Positions 17,736-24,762 of a DNA stretch of 40,000 nucleotides are shown piece after piece. The stretch is from Amphritea japonica ATCC BAA-1530 (GTDB taxonomy: Bacteria > Pseudomonadota > Gammaproteobacteria > Pseudomonadales > Balneatricaceae). The DNA is taken from assembly GCF_016592435.1 (NCBI RefSeq), contig NZ_AP014545.1:1518693-1558692 (forward strand), read 5' to 3'. The notes below the pieces were generated by a model. The model was not told the origin of the DNA. It worked only from the letters and a program-made list of their open reading frames with translations, and did no database searches. Every line of letters starts with the position of its first letter. The stretch's first letter is position 1. The translations under genes and the position numbers were made by a program.

Positions 17736-18044
17736 ATGAGCATGGATCAAGTTGTATCACCTAAAAAAGCATTAGCGCTATATCTAATCCCAGTTCTTTT
17801 TCTGGTGTATTTCGTGGCAGGCGCTTTCACTGGTGAAATAAGTGTTCCCGGTCGCAGCGACATTCTTAATATCCGTGGTGTGTCTGCTTGGTTAGCTTGT
17901 AGCTTTCCTGCATTATGGCTGGCAAGTGAAGTCATACGTCACGAGCAGCGGATTAAAATAGGCCCAAAATCACGCAAGATATTGGCCCCAATAATAATGG
18001 TTTTTGGTGTGAGTATATTTTTCTATGCAATATATAAAATGTAA
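17736..18044 (+). CDS. cassette 6: small membrane protein (3 predicted TM)
   Basis: 102 aa with hydrophobic helices LALYLIPVLFLVYFVAGAF, AWLACSFPALWLA and LAPIIMVFGVSIFFYAI. Confidence 0.55.
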   Translation: MSMDQVVSPKKALALYLIPVLFLVYFVAGAFTGEISVPGRSDILNIRGVSAWLACSFPALWLASEVIRHEQRIKIGPKSRKILAPIIMVFGVSIFFYAIYKM

Positions 18045-18056
18045 TCGTGCCAAAAC

Positions 18057-18125
18057 AGCTAACAAGGCAAGCCAGCGGACTCAAAAAAGCTTCGCTTTTT
18101 CGGTCCGCTGCTTTTGGCGTTATAC
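18057..18125 (+). repeat. attC 6 (69 bp)
   Basis: R'' is AGCTAAC and R' is GTTATAC. Arms: AAGGCAAGCCAGCGGAC / GTCCGCTGCTTTTGGC. Confidence 0.75.
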
Positions 18126-18138
18126 CTCAAGGACGGAT

Positions 18139-18627
18139 ATGAAAGTAATTCTGACTATTGTGTTAATTTTAACTTCAGGCGTTGTAAGTGCTGAGAGTTC
18201 TTTGCCTGATCTGGAGAAAACGATTAAGGCTGCAAACGGAGGTAACGTAATTGCTATGCACTATCTCTGTTATCAGTATCGGTATGGAGATGATTTTGAA
18301 GCAGACTATAAGAAAGCCGTTAAGTGGTGTGAAAAAACTGCTAAATCGGGAGATAGTGATGGCCAAACTCTCTATGCAGAGCTTCTTCAGTATGGTTTTG
18401 GCACGCCTGTAAATCTGGAAGGGTCAGTGAAGTGGTATCTCAAAGCAGCTGAACAGGACCATGTACATGCGTTATATATGCTTTTCTTTGCATATGCAGA
18501 AGGAATTTTTGTACAACAAGATTTTAATAAAGCGCACTATGTTCTAAAGAGGTCAGCTGATTTAGGTTATGAGAAAGCAAAAGAGCTTTTAAAAGAAATC
18601 GAAGACAGGACGAAAGCTAAGGTATAA
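18139..18627 (+). CDS. cassette 7: secreted Sel1-repeat (TPR-like) protein
   Basis: Start moved to ATG 18139; the track start at 18025 translates attC 6. Signal peptide MKVILTIVLILTSGVVSA, then repeated Sel1-like units (AMHYLCYQYRYG, AVKWCEKTAKSGDSDGQ, KWYLKAAEQDHVHA). Confidence 0.7.
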   Translation: MKVILTIVLILTSGVVSAESSLPDLEKTIKAANGGNVIAMHYLCYQYRYGDDFEADYKKAVKWCEKTAKSGDSDGQTLYAELLQYGFGTPVNLEGSVKWYLKAAEQDHVHALYMLFFAYAEGIFVQQDFNKAHYVLKRSADLGYEKAKELLKEIEDRTKAKV

Positions 18628-18677
18628 CAAGTAAAGTCAGCCGACCGCTAAAGCGTCGGCTGCTTTAAGCGTTATGC
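18622..18677 (+). repeat. attC 7 (56 bp)
   Basis: R'' is GTATAAC (contains the stop) and R' is GTTATGC. Arms: AAGTAAAGTCAGCCGAC / GTCGGCTGCTTTAAGC. Confidence 0.8.
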
Positions 18678-18689
18678 ATCATCAAAGGA

Positions 18690-19151
18690 ATGAATATGAA
18701 CGAAATATATAAAACACCTGCTAGTGATCTTTCTATCCAATCTGAAGGCACTATTCCCAAAAGACCCACCTCTGTAACCGCTTTAGGTTGGCTTTTTATA
18801 CTAGCAGGTATTCTCTACTTACCTTTTCTGTATAAATCCGGCCTGTTAACCGTTCAGGAAACAGCTCGAGGCAGCAAAATCTCAGTTAACCTTATTTGGA
18901 TCTTGCTTATTTGGAACGGTTATATGCTTCTTGTTGGTGGTAACATTTCCAGGTACTTTGCTGCGTTTTTTGGATTATTCGCTTTTGTACTACCAGCCAT
19001 TGCTGTCATATACATTTGCTTCATCAGTAACGCTAAAACTTTCTTCGCTAAAAAATCATGCCCGAGCTGTGGTCATAATAAATTTCGTGTTGGCAATCCT
19101 ATTGTTACTTCAATTCGTTGCCGAAAATGCAGCACAAAAGTTAAGGTCTAA
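18690..19151 (+). CDS. cassette 8: membrane protein with C-terminal zinc ribbon
   Basis: 153 aa with 3-4 TM helices, then CPSCGHNKF...CRKCSTKV. AAAGGA lies upstream. Confidence 0.55.
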   Translation: MNMNEIYKTPASDLSIQSEGTIPKRPTSVTALGWLFILAGILYLPFLYKSGLLTVQETARGSKISVNLIWILLIWNGYMLLVGGNISRYFAAFFGLFAFVLPAIAVIYICFISNAKTFFAKKSCPSCGHNKFRVGNPIVTSIRCRKCSTKVKV

Positions 19152-19152
19152 T

Positions 19153-19212
19153 GCATAACAAGGCGCACAAGCAAGGACACAGCAAGCTGCGCCGCTTTGC
19201 TTGGCGTTAGAT
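19153..19212 (+). repeat. attC 8 (60 bp)
   Basis: R'' is GCATAAC and R' is GTTAGAT. Same core family as attC 1, 2 and 4. Confidence 0.8.
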
Positions 19213-19228
19213 TGCAAAGGAACGCAAT

Positions 19229-19734
19229 ATGAGTAAGCCTAGCTTGAAGCCTTCTATAGAGCACTATCGAGGTATATTAAGGATGATTATCGGTGCAGGG
19301 TTGATAGGCCTTTTTTTTACTTTAGGGATTACGTAGACATTCCGTATTTGAGTGATTATTTGAACCAAAGAAGTGACTCTTTAAATCATAGGAATGGTTT
19401 AGCAAACGTTCTTGAAATTACATTAGATTTAATTATGGGTATTATCTGTGCATTAGGTTTGGATAGGGTATTAGTCCCTTTCCTCAAACCTCTATCCAGA
19501 AAGCAGAAAATCGAAATAATAACGGATGGAATTAGATACCTCTATACCAATGCGCATGCAGATATTTTATTTTCTGATATTGAGAAAGTTATAACTCGCT
19601 TAGAATCTGATGGTTCCATCGAAATATTCACAACTTCAGGCCAATTCATAGAGATAAAGCATTATACAAATATGGATCACTTGATTGAACATTTGGAACA
19701 AGGGCGGGTTCAAATTGAACAATCTAACAAGTAG
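19229..19734 (+). pseudogene. cassette 9: probably disrupted gene (35-aa TM ORF 19229-19336 plus out-of-frame 128-aa ORF 19348-19734)
   Basis: The SD-led ATG at 19229 gives MSKPSLKPSIEHYRGILRMIIGAGLIGLFFTLGIT and then TAG. The larger ORF starts 12 nt later in another frame, with TTG and no SD. Confidence 0.35.
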
Positions 19735-19779
19735 CTGTAGTGGATCGTCGCTACGCTCCTACTAAGCTAAGCGTTATAC
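19722..19779 (+). repeat. attC 9 (58 bp)
   Basis: R'' is ATCTAAC and R' is GTTATAC. The core AAGTAGCTGTAGTGGATCGTCGCT is nearly identical to the first attC of array 2. Confidence 0.8.
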
Positions 19780-19792
19780 CTAAGGGAAAGTT

Positions 19793-20305
19793 ATGCTCAA
19801 GGATATATATTTTCTTAATAGTCGAGGGCTCTCAGAAGAGCTTAAATCAGGGACGTTCTCAGAGGTTAGAGCTTTAAAACATTTGATTGTTACAGCAGTG
19901 ATAGGGCGGTTTTCATTTGAGTTTCCTGTTGAAATTGCTTTTTCTGAGTCTGAAATAAGTATGTGGAAGAGCTTGGCCTCACTATTAATACTAATAGTTT
20001 CAGGTGTTATTACTTACTATGGATTATGGCTAGCTTATCAGGCTAACGAAAAAGGAGACGGTAAAGATTTTTTCTTGAGATTAGCATCTTTAAGTTTACC
20101 AATTGGTCTCAAGCTTTTTATGTACTTTTTAGTTGCTGGGGTAGCTTTGGGTTTTACATCAACATTATTGATAAGCGGTTTAGGTTCGGTTGGTGCGGTA
20201 ATTACTGTGGTTGCAATGTTTGTAGCAACACTAGCGTTCTACTCACTTTTTTATCTTCAGCTAAGAAATCATATAGCTATAATATCCGGCTATGAAAAAG
20301 TATAA
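19793..20305 (+). CDS. cassette 10: polytopic membrane protein
   Basis: 170 aa with GGGAAAG upstream. Four hydrophobic helices follow a ~45-aa soluble N-terminus. Confidence 0.55.
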   Translation: MLKDIYFLNSRGLSEELKSGTFSEVRALKHLIVTAVIGRFSFEFPVEIAFSESEISMWKSLASLLILIVSGVITYYGLWLAYQANEKGDGKDFFLRLASLSLPIGLKLFMYFLVAGVALGFTSTLLISGLGSVGAVITVVAMFVATLAFYSLFYLQLRNHIAIISGYEKV

Positions 20306-20373
20306 CAAGTTGCAGTAGTTCGCCGCCTACGGCTGCGGACTCGCTATGCTCGCCGCAGTGCAAGGCGATATTT
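20300..20373 (+). repeat. attC 10 with mutated R' core (GATAT instead of GTTAT)
   Basis: R'' is GTATAAC. The site aligns along its length with attC 11, but ends AAGGCGATAT where attC 11 has AAGGCGTTAT. Confidence 0.65.
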
Positions 20374-20396
20374 CTCTCCAAAACTAGGTGCCAAGG

Positions 20397-20855
20397 ATGA
20401 AGTGTGACGTATGTGGTCGTTCAATCACTATAAACTGGGGTAACGAATTCGCCGTAGTTTGTGAAGAGCATACCAACCATATCACTAAACTCACCGATCT
20501 AAAGCGAAGCGCTGCTAAGGTGTGGACAGAGGGTACAGTCAAGTTTATCCCGGTTGAAGTTGATACTTCTGGTTCAAACTTGTTATCCGTATGGTGGGCT
20601 ATTACGTGGCGCTTCATGCTTATGTTAGTCGTTATTGGCGGTTTCCTCGGATTAATATTTTATCATTCTATGAACACGCTTATTGAACAGGAGATGCTTA
20701 CTACTGGCGTAGCAGAAACTATCGGAGTGATATTTTACCTAGTGATAGCAACTGCATTTATCTTTGTTGCTTTAGATAGAGTTATCGGGAAAAAAATAGG
20801 CAATGTCCGGTTGGTAATAGTTAGTGCTAAGGAATCTGACATTGAAGAAAAATAA
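20397..20855 (+). CDS. cassette 11: zinc-ribbon-like N-terminus plus C-terminal TM helices (paralogue of cassette 2)
   Basis: ATG 20397 follows AAGG; the track GTG at 20388 is less likely. MKCDVCGRSITINWGNEFAVVCEEH aligns with the cassette 2 N-terminus. Confidence 0.6.
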   Translation: MKCDVCGRSITINWGNEFAVVCEEHTNHITKLTDLKRSAAKVWTEGTVKFIPVEVDTSGSNLLSVWWAITWRFMLMLVVIGGFLGLIFYHSMNTLIEQEMLTTGVAETIGVIFYLVIATAFIFVALDRVIGKKIGNVRLVIVSAKESDIEEK

Positions 20856-20924
20856 CAAGTTACAGCGGTTCGCAGCCTGTGGCTGTCGGACTCGTTGCAC
20901 TCGCCGCTGTGTAAGGCGTTATAC
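20850..20924 (+). repeat. attC 11 (75 bp)
   Basis: R'' is AAATAAC and R' is GTTATAC. Same family as attC 10. Confidence 0.75.
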
Positions 20925-21013
20925 CTAAGGAAAAGTTATGCTTAGGGATGTGTTTTTTCTGAATAGTTTAGGCTAATCAGAAGAGCTTTAATCAGCGGAT
21001 TTCTCAGAGATTA
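20925..21013 (+). pseudogene. decayed remnant of a cassette-10-like cassette (array 1 end)
   Basis: CTAAGGAAAAGTTATGCTTAGGGATGTGTTTTTTCTGAATAG... parallels 19780-19870. It hits TAA after 12 codons, and the homology stops near 21013. Confidence 0.5.
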
Positions 21014-21046
21014 GAAAATCGTTGCTCAACTAGCTTGGAAAAATGA

Positions 21047-21071
21047 AGAGCGCTTAGACGCTCTTTTTTTT
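21047..21071 (+). terminator. rho-independent terminator closing array 1
   Basis: AGAGCG-CTTAGA-CGCTCT followed by a run of eight T. Confidence 0.6.
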
Positions 21072-21344
21072 CGCTCAAATATGAGAGTTTATTAGACTCT
21101 GTTGGTGCAATTTACAAGTAATGAGTAAGGTCTGGATGAAGTTGTTTTCTAATGCTTAACGACTATTCTTATTTCAAACTGTTGTTTTAATTTGCTCAGG
21201 CAAAGCACGGCATCGAGCAATATGCGTAACAGCTAAAGTGTTTTTGGCGAAGGGGTAGTGCTTATAGCGAGCTCTTGGATAAGAGTTTTATCGCTAATCG
21301 GACGAATCCCCTAAGTTTATCAACGACGATAGAGGGAGTTTGAT

Positions 21345-22895
21345 ATGTCTACGCTGAACAAACTACTGGGGTTCGCCAAACGATTACCTGGCGTTGCTAA
21401 GCTTGCTAATCGAATCGCATCTAATAAGTTAGCGTCAGCCACAACACCCCGGCCCCATAGCCATAGTTTGTGGTCGCCCCTCGATAAAGTTGATGCCTCG
21501 CCCAGTGAATATCTGACCTGGCATACGGTCACCGATAAAAACTACTTCGATCGTCATCTTGCCCCGGCTGATGATCGTTTTATGAATGCCTTACCATCAA
21601 ATGAGGGGACGACTGAATTCCCTTTCGGTGAGGTTACCGCCTTGTTTGAGCGAAAAGGTGGAATGAAGGAAGACCGTTCATCGGTCTTTTTTATGTTTGT
21701 TGCTCAATGGTTCACCGACGGTTTTTTCCGTTCCAGTCATATCGATTTCAGACAGACCACCTCCAACCATAACATCGACCTTGCCCAGATATATGGTTCT
21801 AACGAAGCGGTAGCACTGATGCTCCGCTCAGGGGAGGGCGGCAAGTTGCGTAGCCAGATGATAGGGGGTGAAGAGTATCCGGATTCTCTTGGCGAACTGG
21901 ATGAAAACGGTGTCTGGCAGGTAAAAGATCGTTATAAAAACCTACCTTACATCGCTGATAAAGAGTGGATGGAGTCTATTTTTGGTGGGTTAACTGACTC
22001 GCAGAAAGACAAGCTATTCGCGACAGGGCTGGAGAGGGGGAACTCAATTGTTGGGCATATGGTGATGAGTACCTTGTTTCTAAGGGAGCACAACGGTATC
22101 TGTGATCAGCTGGCTAGCCGAAATCCCGGTTGGGACGATGATCGGTTATTTCACACCGCGCGCATCATCAATACTGTCATCCTGATGAAACTCATTATCG
22201 AAGATTACGTTAACCATATCGCCGGTCTGGATGTTCTGGTGATGGATAATTCATTCGTTGAGAAACAGCAGTGGTACCGTACTCCCTGGATAGCGGCAGA
22301 ATTCAATCTGCTTTATCGCTGGCACGGCTTAGTACCTGATGCGCTAAAGGTTGCGGGCAGAGATGAGAGCCTCGTTAAAAACTTTGATCTGCTGATCAGG
22401 GAAGGCCTGAGCAGTCTGTTAGAAGCGGCAACATTGCAGGTGGCCGGTAAAATATCACTGGACAATGTCCCCGGATTTTTAATGCCCGCAGAGCAGGCGA
22501 TGATCAACAAAGGCCGGGACTGGCGGTTACGGTCTTTTAATGATTATCGCGTTCAGTTTGGTCTGTCCCGATTAGACTCGTTCGATCAGGTGACTGACGA
22601 TACTAATCTCAACGCAAGCCTTAAAAGACTCTATAGCGACATTGATAATCTGGAACTCACCGTAGGGTTGTTTGCAGAAGATGGAGGCAGCACGCTGACA
22701 GGCGAGCTACAGACCGCCATGGTGGCCTACGATGCGCTGACACAGATATATACGAATCCTTTACTGGCAAAGGAAAACTTCTGCGATAAGCACTTCACCG
22801 CTTACGGTATGGAGCGAATCGATGCCACGAAGTCGTTTCAGGATCTGGCTGATCGCAATACCAATCGACTGGTGAAGGTTAGTGTTAAGAGGTAG
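21345..22895 (+). CDS. haem peroxidase / cyclooxygenase-like fatty-acid oxygenase family protein
   Basis: 516 aa with AGAGGGAG upstream. FVAQWFTDGFF aligns with COX FAQHFTHQFF. NLLYRWHGLVPD aligns with COX LYHWHPLLPD (Tyr and proximal His). RSFNDYRVQFGL aligns with COX SFNEYRKRFGL. Confidence 0.75.
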   Translation: MSTLNKLLGFAKRLPGVAKLANRIASNKLASATTPRPHSHSLWSPLDKVDASPSEYLTWHTVTDKNYFDRHLAPADDRFMNALPSNEGTTEFPFGEVTALFERKGGMKEDRSSVFFMFVAQWFTDGFFRSSHIDFRQTTSNHNIDLAQIYGSNEAVALMLRSGEGGKLRSQMIGGEEYPDSLGELDENGVWQVKDRYKNLPYIADKEWMESIFGGLTDSQKDKLFATGLERGNSIVGHMVMSTLFLREHNGICDQLASRNPGWDDDRLFHTARIINTVILMKLIIEDYVNHIAGLDVLVMDNSFVEKQQWYRTPWIAAEFNLLYRWHGLVPDALKVAGRDESLVKNFDLLIREGLSSLLEAATLQVAGKISLDNVPGFLMPAEQAMINKGRDWRLRSFNDYRVQFGLSRLDSFDQVTDDTNLNASLKRLYSDIDNLELTVGLFAEDGGSTLTGELQTAMVAYDALTQIYTNPLLAKENFCDKHFTAYGMERIDATKSFQDLADRNTNRLVKVSVKR

Positions 22896-22910
22896 AAGTA
22901 AAACCCTGGG

Positions 22911-22961
22911 GCGTTGTTCGAACGTCACAAAAAAACGTGACTTGCTCGTCGCTCGAAAAAG
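22911..22961 (+). repeat. family-2 repeat, Y module (unit A)
   Basis: GCGTTGTTCGAACGTCAC-AAAAAAAC-GTGACTTGCTCGTCGCTCGAAAAAG. It is nearly identical to 26236-26283. Confidence 0.7.
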
Positions 22962-22995
22962 CCCTCAAAAACCAACTTTAACACCTAAAAATATC

Positions 22996-23080
22996 ACCAC
23001 AGAGAACACCGAGAGCACGGAGAAGGACCGTTAACTAGCCTCTATCCGCTTTTCTCTGTGCTCTCTGTGTCCTCGGTGGT
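22996..23080. repeat. 85-bp imperfect hairpin (29-nt arms)
   Basis: ACCACAGAGAACACCGAGAGCACGGAGAA pairs with TTCTCTGTGCTCTCTGTGTCCTCGGTGGT. By hand count 25 of 29 positions are complementary, with a 27-nt loop. Confidence 0.6.
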
Positions 23081-23147
23081 AAAAGCTCTGAAGTAGCGGC
23101 TGGATGATCTGTTATCCTATGCGCTTCCCTCAAATAACAGCCAATCT

Positions 23148-24152
23148 ATGATGAGACGATCTTTTTTACCCCCCTGGTGGGCAAAGAACCCACATGTGCA
23201 GACGATTTTACCTGTGCTCACTAAGGTTGAATCCCCGGCACTTTCCCGCCAACGCCTGGAATTAGGTGATGGTGATTTTATCGATCTTGATTGGTTAGGT
23301 GACCCCCATAACGCCGGTAGCATTGTTGTTATTATGCATGGGCTGGAAGGTAGCTCTGATTCCCACTATATACGACGCTTACTGCAAGATTGTAATCGCC
23401 ATGGTTTATGCGCGGTTGTGCATCACCATCGGGGCTGTTCGGGTGAGCCGAACCGTTTAGCCCGCAGTTATCATAGTGGCGATACGCAAGATATTAGTGA
23501 CACCTTGGCGTACCTTAAAGAGCATTTCCCTCAAGCAAAACTGTGCGCTGTGGGTTATAGCTTAGGGGGGAATGTGTTGACTAAATATCTGGGCGAGATG
23601 CAGAGTGATAGCACCATAGACCGTGCGGTTGTTGTCTCGGCCCCACTGCAGTTATCAGCCTGTGCCAAGCGATTAGAAAAGGGGTTTTCGACTCTTTACC
23701 AATGGCATCTGATTAAGCAGCTTCGAGATAAACTCACCGATAAATTTAATCATCGAACCATTGTCGATCAAGCATCGGTGACGCCGAAGCAAGTCAGTAC
23801 ACTGAAAACGTTTTATCAATTTGATCACCGGGTGACTGCGCCACTGCATGGCTTCGAGGGTGTTGATGATTACTATGCTAAAGCCAGTGGATTTAGTTAT
23901 TTGGCGAAGATTGACCGACCAACGTTAGTCATACATGCCGCTGATGATCCGTTCATGAATGCAGACGTAATCCCATCAGCTAACCAGTGCTCCGCAGATG
24001 TAACCTATGAACTGCATCAACAGGGTGGTCATGTCGGCTTTATTGACGGTGGTTCTCCACTAAAACCACGCTACTATTTAGAACAACGTATTATTCATTT
24101 TCTGACGATAAATAAAGCTGTAGCTAGTGATGAAGCAATCGCTAGTGGTTAG
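23148..24152 (+). CDS. alpha/beta-fold hydrolase, YheT/ABHD1-3-like
   Basis: 334 aa. N-terminal FLPPWWAKNPHVQTILP, then HGLEGSS, the nucleophile elbow GYSLGGN, and late D (AADDPF) and H (GGHVGF). Confidence 0.8.
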   Translation: MMRRSFLPPWWAKNPHVQTILPVLTKVESPALSRQRLELGDGDFIDLDWLGDPHNAGSIVVIMHGLEGSSDSHYIRRLLQDCNRHGLCAVVHHHRGCSGEPNRLARSYHSGDTQDISDTLAYLKEHFPQAKLCAVGYSLGGNVLTKYLGEMQSDSTIDRAVVVSAPLQLSACAKRLEKGFSTLYQWHLIKQLRDKLTDKFNHRTIVDQASVTPKQVSTLKTFYQFDHRVTAPLHGFEGVDDYYAKASGFSYLAKIDRPTLVIHAADDPFMNADVIPSANQCSADVTYELHQQGGHVGFIDGGSPLKPRYYLEQRIIHFLTINKAVASDEAIASG

Positions 24153-24219
24153 ACGTAGCTTCGCTACTTGCCAGAACGTCGCTACGCGACTCGCTAGGAA
24201 AAGATTAAAAGCCGTAAAC
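24141..24219 (+). repeat. family-2 repeat, X module (unit B)
   Basis: GCTAGTGGTTAGAC-[GTAGC TTC GCTAC]-TTGCCAGAAC-[GTCGC TAC GCGAC]-TCGCTAGGAAAAGATTAAAAGCCGTA. It overlaps the hydrolase stop codon. Confidence 0.7.
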
Positions 24220-24240
24220 TGTAAATAAAGGCAGGACTCA

Positions 24241-24648
24241 ATGAAAGAGATCACACGAATTAATCATGTAGGGCTTCGGGTTAGAGATTTAGATACCGCT
24301 AGAAAATTCTACGAGCAACTCGGATTTAAATTCATTGCAGGTCCGGTTGGTCCAGAGCCTGCGGCTATCGTTGAGCACCCATCAGGTATCAATATCAATT
24401 TCATTCTCAACGCATCTGATGATGCTCCGGAAGATAATATTCTAATGAAACAGGATATAAAATATCCTGGCTATACACATATCGCGTTGGAGATAACTGA
24501 CGCAGAGGTCGTGTCTAAGAAAATTGAAGAGCTGGGAATAACAATCACTGAACGGGTAGAGATTAATGGTGCAAAATTCTTCTTTATCAGAGACCCGGAC
24601 GATAACGTCATAGAGCTTCATCAGGCCTCAAATAAGAGCAGTAGCTAG
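24241..24648 (+). CDS. VOC/glyoxalase-family protein
   Basis: 135 aa. INHVGLRVRDLDTARKFYEQLGF ... HIALEI ... FFIRDPDDNVIELH is the typical glyoxalase I fold signature. Confidence 0.8.
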   Translation: MKEITRINHVGLRVRDLDTARKFYEQLGFKFIAGPVGPEPAAIVEHPSGININFILNASDDAPEDNILMKQDIKYPGYTHIALEITDAEVVSKKIEELGITITERVEINGAKFFFIRDPDDNVIELHQASNKSSS

Positions 24649-24738
24649 TGGTTAGACGTGGCTTCGCCACTTGCTAGAACGTCGCAATGCGACTGCTAGG
24701 GAAAGACTAAAAGCCGTAGCGCGTTGTTCGATCGTCAC
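24644..24738 (+). repeat. family-2 repeat, X module plus partial Y (unit C)
   Basis: GCTAGTGGTTAGAC-[GTGGC TTC GCCAC]-TTGCTAGAAC-[GTCGC AAT GCGAC]-TGCTAGGGAAAGACTAAAAGCCGTAGCGCGTTGTTCGATCGTCAC. Confidence 0.7.
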
Positions 24739-24762
24739 ATTCACATGGGATATTAAGTCAGA

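Larger units (their letters stand above)
13537..21013. mobile_element. chromosomal integron: intI, attI and cassette array 1 (11 cassettes plus 1 decayed remnant)
   Basis: intI is divergent from an array of short, mostly single-ORF units. Each unit ends in an imperfect inverted repeat that begins nnnTAAC-AAG and ends GGC-GTTAnnn (R''/R' cores). The cassette ORFs are all on the plus strand. Confidence 0.9.

Noticed and set aside
15055-20924. Regularly spaced ~60-bp repeats that could be read as a CRISPR array
   Set aside because: The repeats are imperfect palindromes of variable length (56-102 bp) and variable sequence. The 'spacers' are 300-970 bp and each contains an SD-led ORF. An integrase rather than cas genes is adjacent. 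These are attC sites.
23117-23323. 68-aa minus-strand ORF at the hydrolase start
   Set aside because: It is antisense to the conserved N-terminus of the YheT-like hydrolase, with no SD.
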